From Longimicrobiales bacterium (lineage in GTDB: Bacteria > Gemmatimonadota > Gemmatimonadetes > Longimicrobiales > Gaopeijiaceae): DNA of 64,000 nt. The notes beneath the pieces were generated by a model. That model was given only the letters and a program-made list of their open reading frames with translations. It was not told the DNA's origin and searched no databases. The number at the start of each line of letters is the position of its first letter. Within the stretch, counting starts at the first letter, position 1. The translations under genes were made by a program, and so were the position numbers. The stretch lies in contig CBDANQ010000056.1 of the NCBI GenBank assembly GCA_965197725.1, positions 1 through 64,000 of the forward strand, written 5' to 3'. Of the stretch, positions 41,485 through 51,159 are shown in pieces.

Positions 41485-42897
41485 TTGCCCCAGGATCTCC
41501 GCTCTATCGTCGCGAAATGCCAGCTCGGGTGGTTCGCCGTATTGCTGGTAGGCTGGACGGCGCTGCTGCTCGCGTTCCCTTTGGATCCCGACTACACCGC
41601 CGGCGAGCTCCTGGACCACCTCACATCATGGCGTGAGACCGGCGTTCTCTATCCGACGCTCGGGGACGGTGGCCCACAGCGCGTGCTCAACTACCCCCCG
41701 CTCGTACTAATTCTCGCGCGCGGGTTCACGACGCTCGGCGCGCCGGCCCTCCTCGCGGGGCGGCTGGTCAATGCGTTCGGGATCGCTCTCGTCGTCGCGG
41801 CGCTGGCTGGCTGGCTGCGAGCGCGCGGCGTAAGGGAGACGGCGCTCATCGGTACGGTCGGTCTGCTCGGCGCCAGTGTCCCCGTCATATACGGAGCGGG
41901 GCAGTTCCACATCGAAATATGGGCCGCCGGATTGACGATTGGGGGCTTTGCGCTGGCGGATCGAGGTCGTTCCGGCGGTGTGCTGTTCGCGGCGGGCACC
42001 CTCCTGGCCGCGGCTTGTTTCGCAAACCACACACAGGTCGTTCCGGCGCTCGTCGCGCTGACCTGGCTCTGGCAACAGCGTCGGTCGGGGCGTGGACTCG
42101 TGCTGGCTGGCTTTGCGTTGGCTGGAGCCGTCGGGGCGGCCTCGATGTCGATCGCATGGGGAAGCGAAGTGTGGCGACACCTCATCGTCTACACGTCCGG
42201 CACGTACTCGCTCGCGAACCTGGGATTCCAGCTCGCAAGCCACGCAGCCCCGTGGGCGATTCTGCTCGGCATCGCGGCCTGGGCGGGTATCCATGGCCGC
42301 ACTGGCTCCGCCTCCGACCTCGCGTGGTGGTACTGGTGTGGGGCGCTGCTGTCGTCGGTTTCCGCCATTCGAGACGGGAGCGGTTACCCGTACTTCCTAG
42401 ATCTCCACCTGGCGACGGTCGTGCTCGCGGGGCCCGTCGTGTTCGGTCCGCCCGGTACTGAGTTCCGTCGCGTGGTGGTGCCGTGGCTGGTCGCTCTTCA
42501 GGTGATCGGCGCGAACATCGGTGCGGGCACGCTCGTAGTCGTGAACTTGGAAAGGCTCCGAGAGCGCTCACGTGAGCTGGCATCGGTATGCGCGGCGTTG
42601 CCATAGGAGGGGCCGGTACTCGTCGAAGAGGCTGGGCTTGCGTGGGCATGCGGGCGTCGCCCTGAGCTGCATCCGTTCATCATGGCCTCGCTTGCGCGCC
42701 GCGGGCTATGGGACGCCTCGGCGTTCGAGGACGACGTGCGTGCCGGCGAGTACTCCGTGGCGGTCGTTCCGTTCGACCCTCGCGGGCCGGTGCCCCAGAC
42801 ACAGCGTGATCGCTGGACGGAGCCGGTGCTCGCAGCGTTCGCGCAGGCGAGGGTGGTGGAGACGTACCCGTCCGGATGGCGTGTACTGCGTTGGTGA
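41485..42897 (+). pseudogene. Multi-pass GT-C-like membrane glycosyltransferase with an in-frame TAG at 42604
   Basis: LDPDYTAGE, NYPPL and about 10 TM helices; the frame continues past the TAG (EGPVLVEEAG...GLWD...WRVLRW*). Confidence 0.7.
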
Positions 42898-43015
42898 ACT
42901 CGCGCTGCGTGAGTTCGAGCACCCCGCGCTGCTTTTCGTTCGAGAGGTCGTTGCGCTGGATGCCACCGTAGTTCGACCGCACCAGAACGCCGACCTTATA
43001 GCCGCCCAGGGTGTC

Positions 43016-43936
43016 CTAAAGCCGAACAGTGTCGAAGAGCATGAAGCCCAACAGGAGCGGGTGGTAGAGCAGCGACGCAAAGAAGACGTTCCGGGCGCGG
43101 TCGTCGGTCAGGTCCCTGGCGGCGCTGGCCCCGGTGAACATGAAGCCGGCACCGAGCGCGGTCGCTCCCACAGCGTAGATCATGCCGGTGTAACCGAGGT
43201 ACGTCGGGATCCAACTCACAGGTATCAGTAATCCGGTCGCCAACACCATGTGGAATCCGATCACCCTGGCCCCGCCCCCAGGGATCAGCTTGAAACCGAC
43301 GCGCGCGTAGTCTTCCCTCAGCATCCAGGCCAGACCGAGCACGTGCGGCAGCTGCCAGAGGTATCCGATGGCGAACAGCGCCAGACCACCCCGATCGATC
43401 GCGCCGGTCGCGGCGGTCCACCCGATCAGCATCGGCGACGCACCGGGCACCGCTCCCGTGAGGGTGGCCGCGTACGACTGCGTCTTGAGCGGCGTATATA
43501 CGGCGTGATATATCAACGCACTCGTAGCCGCGATCGCCGCTGGAAGAGCACCGACGGCAAGCGCCAGGTAGATCAGGCCACCCAAGAGTAGCGCGATGCT
43601 GAAGAGGAACGCCTCTGTCGGCTCGAGACGCTTCGAGGGAAGCGGCCGTCCACGTGTACGGACCATCATCGCGTCGTAGTCGCGCTCGGCGGACTGGTTC
43701 AGCGAGAGCGCACCCGCGGTTGCGATACCGGTACCGAGTATCGTGTGGATCGCGGGGAGCAAAGCGAGAGATCCTCCGGACGCCACGTAGGCGCTCGCAC
43801 CAGCCGTGATCATCACGTACCCGGTGATGCCGGGCTTGGTCAGCTCGTAGAAGGCCCGTGCACGGGAAGCGCCCTCGGTCGTATTCTCGTTCGTCGCTTG
43901 GTCCAGGCGGAGGAGCACAGCACCGATCGGAAGCAC
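43016..43936 (-). CDS. cyoE: Protoheme IX farnesyltransferase (heme o synthase)
   Basis: YELTKPGI, ERDYDAMMVRTRGRPLPS, YTPLK, GAVPGA, WQLPH, EDYARVG. Confidence 0.94.
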   Translation of the reverse strand: MLPIGAVLLRLDQATNENTTEGASRARAFYELTKPGITGYVMITAGASAYVASGGSLALLPAIHTILGTGIATAGALSLNQSAERDYDAMMVRTRGRPLPSKRLEPTEAFLFSIALLLGGLIYLALAVGALPAAIAATSALIYHAVYTPLKTQSYAATLTGAVPGASPMLIGWTAATGAIDRGGLALFAIGYLWQLPHVLGLAWMLREDYARVGFKLIPGGGARVIGFHMVLATGLLIPVSWIPTYLGYTGMIYAVGATALGAGFMFTGASAARDLTDDRARNVFFASLLYHPLLLGFMLFDTVRL

Positions 43937-44009
43937 CGTAAGAACCGCCGCCGGCCCCTGCTCGGAGCCGCCGGTGTGTTCACGTGCACGGAAGTTGACC
44001 GAGGCCTAT

Positions 44010-44090
44010 TCGGTCCGCAACGCCGGCACTCCGGGCAGCAACAGGCGGAGTAGAGCACGCGCGGCGAGAGGGGGGCGGTGGGGACTCAAC
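44010..44090 (-). pseudogene. N-terminal remnant of the ABC permease (ADOP-like) that normally follows this type of PadR gene
   Basis: PPPLAARALLRLLLPG directly after the padR stop. Confidence 0.5.
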
Positions 44091-44099
44091 GGCTGGGCC

Positions 44100-44465
44100 T
44101 CAGCGTTCCGTCGTCGTCGGCAGGCCTTCCCAGAGGCGATCCATCTCCTCGCGAGCCGCCTTCACGCCGGTCACGCCTTCGGGCGTGATCTCGAAATACC
44201 GCTTGGACTTGCCCCCGCGCACGGGCGTGGGGTCAGCGAGGCGTGAGCGGAGAAAGCCCTTCTTTTCCAGCCGGACGAGCGTCACGTAGATCGCACCCTG
44301 TGCTACCGTCCGCTCGGTGCGCGCCTCCAGCTCGTCGCGTACGGAAGCGCCGTAAGCAATGTCGCGTAGCCGCCACACCGCCAGCAAGACCTGCTGCTCG
44401 AAGTCGCTTGGGTTCGTACCTGCCACCTGTTGAGCCTCCCGAAAAGTGTTGATCGGCGGGGCCAT
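44100..44465 (-). CDS. PadR-family transcriptional regulator
   Basis: FEQQVLLAV, AYGA, GAIYVTLVRLEKKG, GGKSKRYF, LWEG. Confidence 0.92.
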   Translation of the reverse strand: MAPPINTFREAQQVAGTNPSDFEQQVLLAVWRLRDIAYGASVRDELEARTERTVAQGAIYVTLVRLEKKGFLRSRLADPTPVRGGKSKRYFEITPEGVTGVKAAREEMDRLWEGLPTTTER

Positions 44466-44476
44466 CCGGCGCCCTC

Positions 44477-44505
44477 ATTATACATACGAAGTAGTTAATA
44501 TATGT
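44477..44505 (-). promoter_or_regulatory. AT-rich promoter/operator of the PadR gene
   Basis: Perfect TATAAT on the minus strand (44482-44477) about 12 bp before the ATG; ACATA-N14-TATGT inverted repeat at 44482-44505. Confidence 0.55.
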
Positions 44506-44587
44506 GCGGGTCAGCGCATCCGGAAACACCTCTCCGGTGTGGTTGGTAGTATGTGGGGCTAGTGACCCCAGCAGACGTCTTCTCAGC

Positions 44588-45256
44588 ATGAGCCTGTATC
44601 ACGACTCCACGGTCGAGGACCGTAGACGCCACGAGCGCCGCATCTGGCGCACGGGGTTGTGGCTGTCCGTGCTCTTCCACCTGCTGATCGTTTTTGGGTC
44701 GCGCGCCATGGACATTCCCCTTTCGCCATTCGCTGCTGCCGGGCCACGAGCGGGTGACAACCGGGCCGCGAGGGGCTCTTTGCAGGCGCTGAATTTGCGC
44801 TCACCGCCATCGGCGCCGATCGTGCAGCCTCCGATCCCGATCCCGGCCGACGTCGAGATGGAGCCGGTTATGTTCGAACAGGGAGTCGTGATGGATCCGG
44901 CGTCGGTTCTGGGCGACGAGCCGGGCCTCACCGAAGGCCTCGGCCTGGCAAACGGCGACGGGAAAGGCGACGGCGGCGACTCGGACGAGGGCTTCTTCCG
45001 GCTGCGACCCCCGGTTCCCCGCGGCGTGATCATTCCCCCCAACCACGATAGCTTGCGGGGCACCGCGGTCCAGGTTTGGGTCTTCGTTAACGAGCGCGGA
45101 AGGGTCATCGCCGACTCCACGCGTCTCGATCCGCCCACGCGCAGCCGTGACCTGAACCGTCAGCTCATCCGCGAGGCCTCCGAGTGGATGTTTCGTCCGG
45201 CCGTTCAGGAAGGGAAGGCTGTCGCGTCGTGGTACCCCTATCGGATTATCGGGTAG
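44588..45256 (+). CDS. TonB-like energy transducer (TM anchor, Pro-rich linker, TonB C-terminal-like domain)
   Basis: LSVLFHLL, PPIPIP, VWVFVNERGRV, WMFRPAVQEGKAVASW. Confidence 0.8.
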   Translation: MSLYHDSTVEDRRRHERRIWRTGLWLSVLFHLLIVFGSRAMDIPLSPFAAAGPRAGDNRAARGSLQALNLRSPPSAPIVQPPIPIPADVEMEPVMFEQGVVMDPASVLGDEPGLTEGLGLANGDGKGDGGDSDEGFFRLRPPVPRGVIIPPNHDSLRGTAVQVWVFVNERGRVIADSTRLDPPTRSRDLNRQLIREASEWMFRPAVQEGKAVASWYPYRIIG

Positions 45257-45274
45257 GGGGGTGCGGCGGCTGAC

Positions 45275-45390
45275 CTCCTATCCGTTTTTCAGCGAGTACC
45301 ATCCGTTTTCTCCGGAATCTCCGGGGCGATGAGCGGTTCGAGGCTCTGCTGGAGCGAACGCGGCAGGAATGGGAGCACTTCGAGCTGTGG
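45275..45390 (+). pseudogene. C-terminal remnant of a TPR/kinase-type protein
   Basis: HPF/LRNLRGDERFEALLERTRQEWEHFE resembles the DPxLxxLRxDPRFxxLL tail. Confidence 0.5.
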
Positions 45391-45431
45391 GAGCGAGCAG
45401 GCTTGGCCTGACGACGACCCCCCTCGGCCGT

Positions 45432-46853
45432 TCACCGGATCACGTGCTGGTAGCCCTCGACGTACCGACGGGCGATCTCCTGCCAGTCGTACTCGCCACG
45501 GATGAGCGCCAGTGCGTTTGCGCCGCGGCGTCTTCGTTCTGTCTCATTCGTCAACGCATCGTGCAGTGTCGCCGCCAGAGAATCCAGGTCGTCGACTTCG
45601 CAAAGCCAGCCGTTCGCACGCGGTCCGGTATCGACCACGAAATCGAGGGGCCCGCCGCTTCGGGTCGCGATCACTGGAACTCCAGTTGCCATCGCCTCGA
45701 GGTAGACCTGGCCAAACGGTTCGTTGTAGGACGGCGCAACCAGGACATCGGCGAGGTTGAGTCCCTCGGAGAGAACATCGTGCGGTAGCCACCCGCAGAA
45801 GAACACGTTCCGCAAGTCGAGGGAGCGGACAACCGTGTGAGGATGTTCGCCTTCCCATTCACCCGGCATCCCTCCCCAGACGAGCAGGTTGAACGGGGGA
45901 TGATTGCTGCTGCCGAACGATGGGTTGACTCGCGAGACGGCCCTGAGCAGGAGCGGAACGCGTTTGAACTCGAGGAAGCGACCAACGAATAAGGCCAGCG
46001 GCTTCAAGTTGCCTGATTCGTCCCTCAACCTCTCGGTATCGGACTGGTCGTAGCGCACGTTCCCCGGGACACCGCCTTCGTCCCAGCCCTGCGGCTCCTC
46101 TACCAGGATCTTCTGCAGAAATCTCCATCTTTCATTTGCGGACCCATCCAGCGGCCGGAACAGAGACGTGTCCACGCCATTCGGGATCGTGCTGATGTGC
46201 TGCTCGTCGATCGCAAGGCGTGCGATCGCCCGTTCACGAATGTCCGGGCTGATCGCGGCAAAGTGGTTCGTTGTGTCGACCGCGTCGGTGAGGATGCCAC
46301 GCCCAAACTGGCCCAGCTCATCTGGACTGCCAAACTCCTCACTCAGCTCATCGAGACGCTCCAGCATCTTGAGCTCCGTCCCATGCAGCTGTGTCAGCTT
46401 GGGCACCGAGGGGAAGAGTCGCGCCGCGGCGACATGCGCATGAGTGAGATGGTGCAGGTGGAGGAGGTCGGGCTGGAAGCGTTCCCTCACGTCCTGGAAC
46501 ACACCGGTCCAGCACCGCAACAAAGCCTCGTATTCGGCGCCCGTGAGCTTGTAGAAAACACGGTCGGGTACACCGGATTTGTCTTCATAACTAGGGTGAA
46601 AGGGGACCTCCCACTTGTCGGACAGCGGATCTTCACCCTGCTCGAATCCGTGCCACGCATCGGTATAGTCGACCAAGGTCAGGGGGATTCCCTTGAAGAA
46701 CACGTTGGCGTTGTGTTGCGGGTCGCCGTCGCGCAGCGTGCCCGTGATCAGACGCACTTCGTGGCCCAGCTCGATCAGGGCGCGCGACAGATAGCGCGCC
46801 ACCTGTGCGCTCCCGCCCCTGGGATAGTAGATGAGGCTCATCAGGATCTTCAT
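45432..46853 (-). CDS. GT4-family glycosyltransferase
   Basis: YYPRGGSAQV, IPNGVD, FVGRFLEFKR, PSYNEPFGQVYLEAMATGVPVIAT. Confidence 0.92.
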   Translation of the reverse strand: MKILMSLIYYPRGGSAQVARYLSRALIELGHEVRLITGTLRDGDPQHNANVFFKGIPLTLVDYTDAWHGFEQGEDPLSDKWEVPFHPSYEDKSGVPDRVFYKLTGAEYEALLRCWTGVFQDVRERFQPDLLHLHHLTHAHVAAARLFPSVPKLTQLHGTELKMLERLDELSEEFGSPDELGQFGRGILTDAVDTTNHFAAISPDIRERAIARLAIDEQHISTIPNGVDTSLFRPLDGSANERWRFLQKILVEEPQGWDEGGVPGNVRYDQSDTERLRDESGNLKPLALFVGRFLEFKRVPLLLRAVSRVNPSFGSSNHPPFNLLVWGGMPGEWEGEHPHTVVRSLDLRNVFFCGWLPHDVLSEGLNLADVLVAPSYNEPFGQVYLEAMATGVPVIATRSGGPLDFVVDTGPRANGWLCEVDDLDSLAATLHDALTNETERRRRGANALALIRGEYDWQEIARRYVEGYQHVIR

Positions 46854-46949
46854 GACGCCCTGCTTGCCGAATCTTCAGCCTTCATGTCCGGAATCCCAGC
46901 GCCGAGAGGTACGTGACGTTGTCCGGATCCAGCTCGCGCGCACGATCCA

Positions 46950-47150
46950 GATCGGATGTCGAAGATCGCGGCCGGCGACAGCTCCCGGTCGTAGGTCTCG
47001 GCCCAGAGGTGCTCGTCCGGCTCCGCGTCGATGAGCTGGAACGTAATGCGAACCACGCTCCCGGCTCGCCGCACGGTACCCTCGCCGATGAAGCTGACGC
47101 CGAGCTTCCAGGCGATCTCCGTGACGTTCTGTGTCGGGTCAGCGTAGCCC
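46950..47150 (-). pseudogene. Internal remnant of a TolB-N-like/adenylate-cyclase-associated domain
   Basis: EIAWKLGVSFIGEGTVRRAGSVVRITFQLIDAEPDEHLWAETYDREL. Confidence 0.75.
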
Positions 47151-47263
47151 CGGCGTGAACACCCCGGTGTTCGCGTCGACGTCAGCTCGTAGTAGCGGTG
47201 CTGCGGCCTGTGCTCGATTTTGGGTTCGGGGGCCTGGGTTCCACCCACGAGAAATCTCAGTCG

Positions 47264-47719
47264 ATGACAGAATCCTGGATCGCCGAGGCCGAGGCTCTGC
47301 GCGAGCTTCGTCCGCGCCATCTGCTGTTCCTGTGCGTGGCGAACTCTGCCCGCAGCCAGCTCGCTGAGGGCATCGCGCGCAGTCTCGCGCCCGAGCACCT
47401 GAAAATCTCATCGGCGGGGTCTGTACCGACGTCGGTGCGGCCCCAGGCGATTGAGGCGTTGCGAGAGATCGGCATCGACATTTCACACTACACTTCGACC
47501 GGCCTGGGCGAAGTGGAGCGGCCGGTGGACGCGGTCATCACGCTGTGCGCCGACGAAGTGTGTCCGGTGTGGCTCGAGCACGCGTGGCGAGCGCATTGGG
47601 GGCTGCCGGACCCAGCGGACCTGGAAGGCACCGAGGAAGAGAAGCTCGATGCGTTCCGCTCAGTACGCGAAGTGCTGCGGCGTCGGCTCGCCGTCGTATT
47701 CGCCCCGGGGAGAGTGTAG
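47264..47719 (+). CDS. arsC: Arsenate reductase, LMW-PTP (thioredoxin) type
   Basis: LFLCVANSARSQLAEG, SAGS, ITLCADEVCP, HWGLPDP. Confidence 0.88.
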   Translation: MTESWIAEAEALRELRPRHLLFLCVANSARSQLAEGIARSLAPEHLKISSAGSVPTSVRPQAIEALREIGIDISHYTSTGLGEVERPVDAVITLCADEVCPVWLEHAWRAHWGLPDPADLEGTEEEKLDAFRSVREVLRRRLAVVFAPGRV

Positions 47720-47728
47720 CTTCTCCCC

Positions 47729-49306
47729 ATGATCAGCCAGAACCCACGGCCCGGGAAACGCATCCTCTGGGTCGACGACGAGATCGGCCTTCTCAAGCCA
47801 CACCTGCTCTTCCTCCAGGCGCGTGGCTACCACGTCGACGCCATCTCCAACGGGGACGACGCGCTCGAGCTACTGATCGAGAACTCCTATGACCTGGTTC
47901 TGCTCGACGAACAGATGCCCGGACGTCGGGGGCTCGAGGTGCTGGAGATCATGAGGCGTCAGGATCCCCACCAGCGCGTGGTGATGGTCACGAAGTCCGA
48001 AGAGGACCACACGATGACCGAGGCGATCGGGCGGCGTGTGGAGGACTACCTCGTGAAGCCGGCGAGCCCCCGACAAGTGCTCTCGGTGGTGACGCGCATT
48101 CTCGAAGGCTCGTCGATCCGGCAGCAGCAGGCAGCGCAGGATTTCGCGGCTCGCTTCGGCCGACTCGCCATGCTCCAGCAGGAAGCCGATGCGCCCGACG
48201 ACTGGGTGAAGGTCTTTACCGAGCTGGTGGACTGGCACATCCGGTTGGAGCAGGCGGGCGAGACCGGGCTGCTCGATACGGTCCGTTCGCTCATGGACGA
48301 CCTGAGGCGGGACTTCGGCATGTGGGTCACCCGCCATTACGCGCGATGGATGGAGGACGCGGAGGACCGGCCGCGTCTGTCGGTCGACCTGGTTCGGGAG
48401 TTTTTGGTCCCGCGGCTCGGTTCGGACCCCGTGTATTTCGTGGTGCTCGACTGCATGCGGCTCGATCAATGGAGGGCGATCTCGCCGCTGCTCGCGCAGT
48501 ATTTCGACTTGGAGGAGACGTACCACTATTCGATTCTGCCGACTGCGACTCCCTACGCGCGAAACGCGATCTTCAGCGGGCAGTATCCGGACGAGATCGC
48601 CAAGAAGCGTCCGGAGTGGTGGGACGCGACGGATGACGAGGGCAGCCTCAACGCGTTCGAGGACACATTGCTGGTCGAGCAGCTCAAACGACTCACGGGG
48701 CGGGACGTACCGGTTCACTATGAGAAGATCTTCTCGGACCGGCACAGTGATCAGGTCCGCGCTCGGGTCAATTCAGCGCTCAAGACACCGGGTACCGTCA
48801 TCGCGCTCGTCTTCAACTTCGTGGACCTCATGACCCATGGTCGGTCGGAGTCCCCGATCCTCATGGAGGTCGCCCGCGACGAGGCGGCGTTGAGGGACCT
48901 GACGCGAGCGTGGTTCCAGCGTTCCACGGCCTTCGCGGTTCTCAAGGAGGCCGCGCTTCGGGGCCACGAGGTGATCATGACGACTGATCATGGCTCGATT
49001 CTCTGCCAGCACCCGAGCACGGTTTTCGCGAGGCGCGATGCGACGAAGAATCTCCGCTACAAGTTCGGCCAGGATCTGCGTGCCGAGGTGTCGACGACCG
49101 CGTACACGATCAGGGACGAGAAGCATCTGCGACTGCCGGCGGGCCGCCTCGGCATGACCTACCTCATCGCGCTCGAGGACTACTTCTTCGTCTATCCGAC
49201 GAAGCTTCGGGAGTACCAGGCGCGCTACCGAAACTCGTTTCTCCACGGCGGCATCAGCCCGGAGGAAATGATCGTCCCGGTCGTGAGTCTCACACCGAGG
49301 CAATGA
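47729..49306 (+). CDS. PorX-like response regulator with PglZ/alkaline-phosphatase-superfamily domain
   Basis: Receiver WVDDE, LLDEQMPG, MVTKSEE, YLVKP; PglZ motifs VLDCMRLDQW, ILPTATPYARN, FVDLMTH, TDHG, HGGISPEEM. Confidence 0.92.
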   Translation: MISQNPRPGKRILWVDDEIGLLKPHLLFLQARGYHVDAISNGDDALELLIENSYDLVLLDEQMPGRRGLEVLEIMRRQDPHQRVVMVTKSEEDHTMTEAIGRRVEDYLVKPASPRQVLSVVTRILEGSSIRQQQAAQDFAARFGRLAMLQQEADAPDDWVKVFTELVDWHIRLEQAGETGLLDTVRSLMDDLRRDFGMWVTRHYARWMEDAEDRPRLSVDLVREFLVPRLGSDPVYFVVLDCMRLDQWRAISPLLAQYFDLEETYHYSILPTATPYARNAIFSGQYPDEIAKKRPEWWDATDDEGSLNAFEDTLLVEQLKRLTGRDVPVHYEKIFSDRHSDQVRARVNSALKTPGTVIALVFNFVDLMTHGRSESPILMEVARDEAALRDLTRAWFQRSTAFAVLKEAALRGHEVIMTTDHGSILCQHPSTVFARRDATKNLRYKFGQDLRAEVSTTAYTIRDEKHLRLPAGRLGMTYLIALEDYFFVYPTKLREYQARYRNSFLHGGISPEEMIVPVVSLTPRQ

Positions 49307-51159
49307 AGGCCGAAGCGCTCGCGTCGCTTGCGGCTTCTCCGTACCGTCGCGTCCTGTCGTATCTGAGACCGCACTCGGGCGTGCTATTCGTGGCCATCGT
49401 CGCGACCGCCCTCTTCGCGGTACTCGACGCATCGGTCTACCTCCTGCTCATCCCTTTCATCGAAGCACTCTTCGTAAGCGGAGGCGGTCCGCGCTCCGCG
49501 GGCGAGTCGCTCATGGAGAGGTTGCTCGACGGCACCGTCTACCGGTGGGTCGACCTGTCGGGAGATCCGCTCGCGGCGATCGCACGCATCATCATTCTGA
49601 TCCTGCTCGTCTTCGCGGTGAAGAACTTCTTCCACTTCACGCGCACCTATCTGGTCGCGCGGGCGGAGCAGGGGATCAACCGAGATCTGCGCAACGAAGT
49701 GTATGACCATCTCGTCGAGCTCGACCTGACCTTCTTCAGTCGCGTGCGCATGGGTCAGATCGTGAGCCGCCTCACGACCGAGGTCGAGCAGATGCGAACG
49801 CTCGTGACCGCCGAGTCTTCCAAGCTCGTATCGGCGGTCTTCGAGTTTGCGGTGGCGGTCGTCTTCATGGTCTTGATCTCGTGGCAACTTACGCTCGCGG
49901 CGTTTGTCGTGATTCCCGGGGCGATGATCATCTGGGGTCCGTTGGTGAACGTGCTGAGGCGGCGGGATCGGCGCGTGCTGCACCTGGGCGGGGAGGTTGC
50001 CGCGCATGTGCAGGAGACGCTCACCGGCATCCGGCTGGTGAAGTCTTCGTCTGCGGAGCAGCGCGAGAAGCAGCGCTTCCGGGGTCTGACCGGGGACTAC
50101 TTCAGGCACTTTCTGCGAGCCGAATTCGCACGTGCGCTCGCCGCTCCGATGACAGAAATGATGGCTGCGTCCGGCACAGTGATCCTGCTCTGGTTCGGTG
50201 CTCGGCTCGTCGTGGCGGGCGATCTCACAGGGGCGCTGTTCATCGGATTTCTCGGACTTTCGATGAAACTGTATTCGCCCGTGAAGAACGTGGCCAAGTT
50301 CCCGGCCACCGCCCAGCCGGGTCTCGTTGCGGCGGAGCGCGTGTTCGAGTTCCTCGATGCACCGGTCGAGATCGAGAACGCGCCCGGTGCCCAGAGGCTG
50401 GAAAAGTTCGGATCCGTGATCGCGTTCGAGGACGTTTCGTTCGCGTATCGCGAAGGTGAGCCCGTTCTCCGCGATGTGTCCTTGAGCGTCGAACGCGGCG
50501 ATGTAGTCGCGCTCGTCGGACCCAGTGGAGCCGGCAAGACGACGCTCGTCGACTTGCTCGGACGCTTCTTCGAGGTCGGCTCGGGTCGCATCACCATCGA
50601 CGGGGTCGACGTCCGCGATGTGCGGGTGGCGGACTTACGAGCGCTTATGGGCCTGGTGTCTCAGGAAACGGTTCTCTTCCACGACTCCGTGCGCGCGAAC
50701 ATTGCCTACGGGCGCCCGGAGGCGTCACAAGCGGACATCGAGGCCGCGGCGATCGCGGCCCACGCGCACGCGTTCATCGCCGAGATGCCTTATGCATACG
50801 ATACCCTCGTGGGCGAATGCGGGGTGGAGGTCTCGGGCGGCCAGCGACAGCGCATCGCGATCGCCCGGGCTCTGTTGCGCGACCCACCGATCCTCGTCTT
50901 CGATGAGGCAACCAGCTCGTTGGATACCACGTCGGAACGCCTCATTCAGGACGCGATCAAGCGGCTCATGGACGGCCGCACGGTCTTCGTGATCGCGCAC
51001 AGGCTCTCGACCGTGCAGCGCGCGGACCAGATTCTGGTGATGGACCGCGGACGCATTGTCGAGCGGGGAGACCACGCGACTCTCCTCGCCCAGGCCGGGC
51101 TGTACCGCCGCCTGTACGACCTCCAGTTCGACGCGGGGGCCTTGGCTAGCAGCACGTGA
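49303..51159 (+). CDS. msbA: MsbA-like lipid A ABC exporter
   Basis: TM domain plus GPSGAGKTT, SGGQRQR, FDEATSSLD, IAHRLST; LPS gene context. Confidence 0.8.
   Translation: MKAEALASLAASPYRRVLSYLRPHSGVLFVAIVATALFAVLDASVYLLLIPFIEALFVSGGGPRSAGESLMERLLDGTVYRWVDLSGDPLAAIARIIILILLVFAVKNFFHFTRTYLVARAEQGINRDLRNEVYDHLVELDLTFFSRVRMGQIVSRLTTEVEQMRTLVTAESSKLVSAVFEFAVAVVFMVLISWQLTLAAFVVIPGAMIIWGPLVNVLRRRDRRVLHLGGEVAAHVQETLTGIRLVKSSSAEQREKQRFRGLTGDYFRHFLRAEFARALAAPMTEMMAASGTVILLWFGARLVVAGDLTGALFIGFLGLSMKLYSPVKNVAKFPATAQPGLVAAERVFEFLDAPVEIENAPGAQRLEKFGSVIAFEDVSFAYREGEPVLRDVSLSVERGDVVALVGPSGAGKTTLVDLLGRFFEVGSGRITIDGVDVRDVRVADLRALMGLVSQETVLFHDSVRANIAYGRPEASQADIEAAAIAAHAHAFIAEMPYAYDTLVGECGVEVSGGQRQRIAIARALLRDPPILVFDEATSSLDTTSERLIQDAIKRLMDGRTVFVIAHRLSTVQRADQILVMDRGRIVERGDHATLLAQAGLYRRLYDLQFDAGALASST

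Noticed and set aside
44476..44500. loxP-like CATTATAC..ATACGAAGT
   Set aside because: There is no 13-bp inverted arm pair and no recombinase; it is better explained as the PadR gene promoter.
47729..49306. BREX defence system suggested by the PglZ domain
   Set aside because: The receiver-PglZ architecture is PorX-type, and there is no brxC, pglX or brxL nearby.
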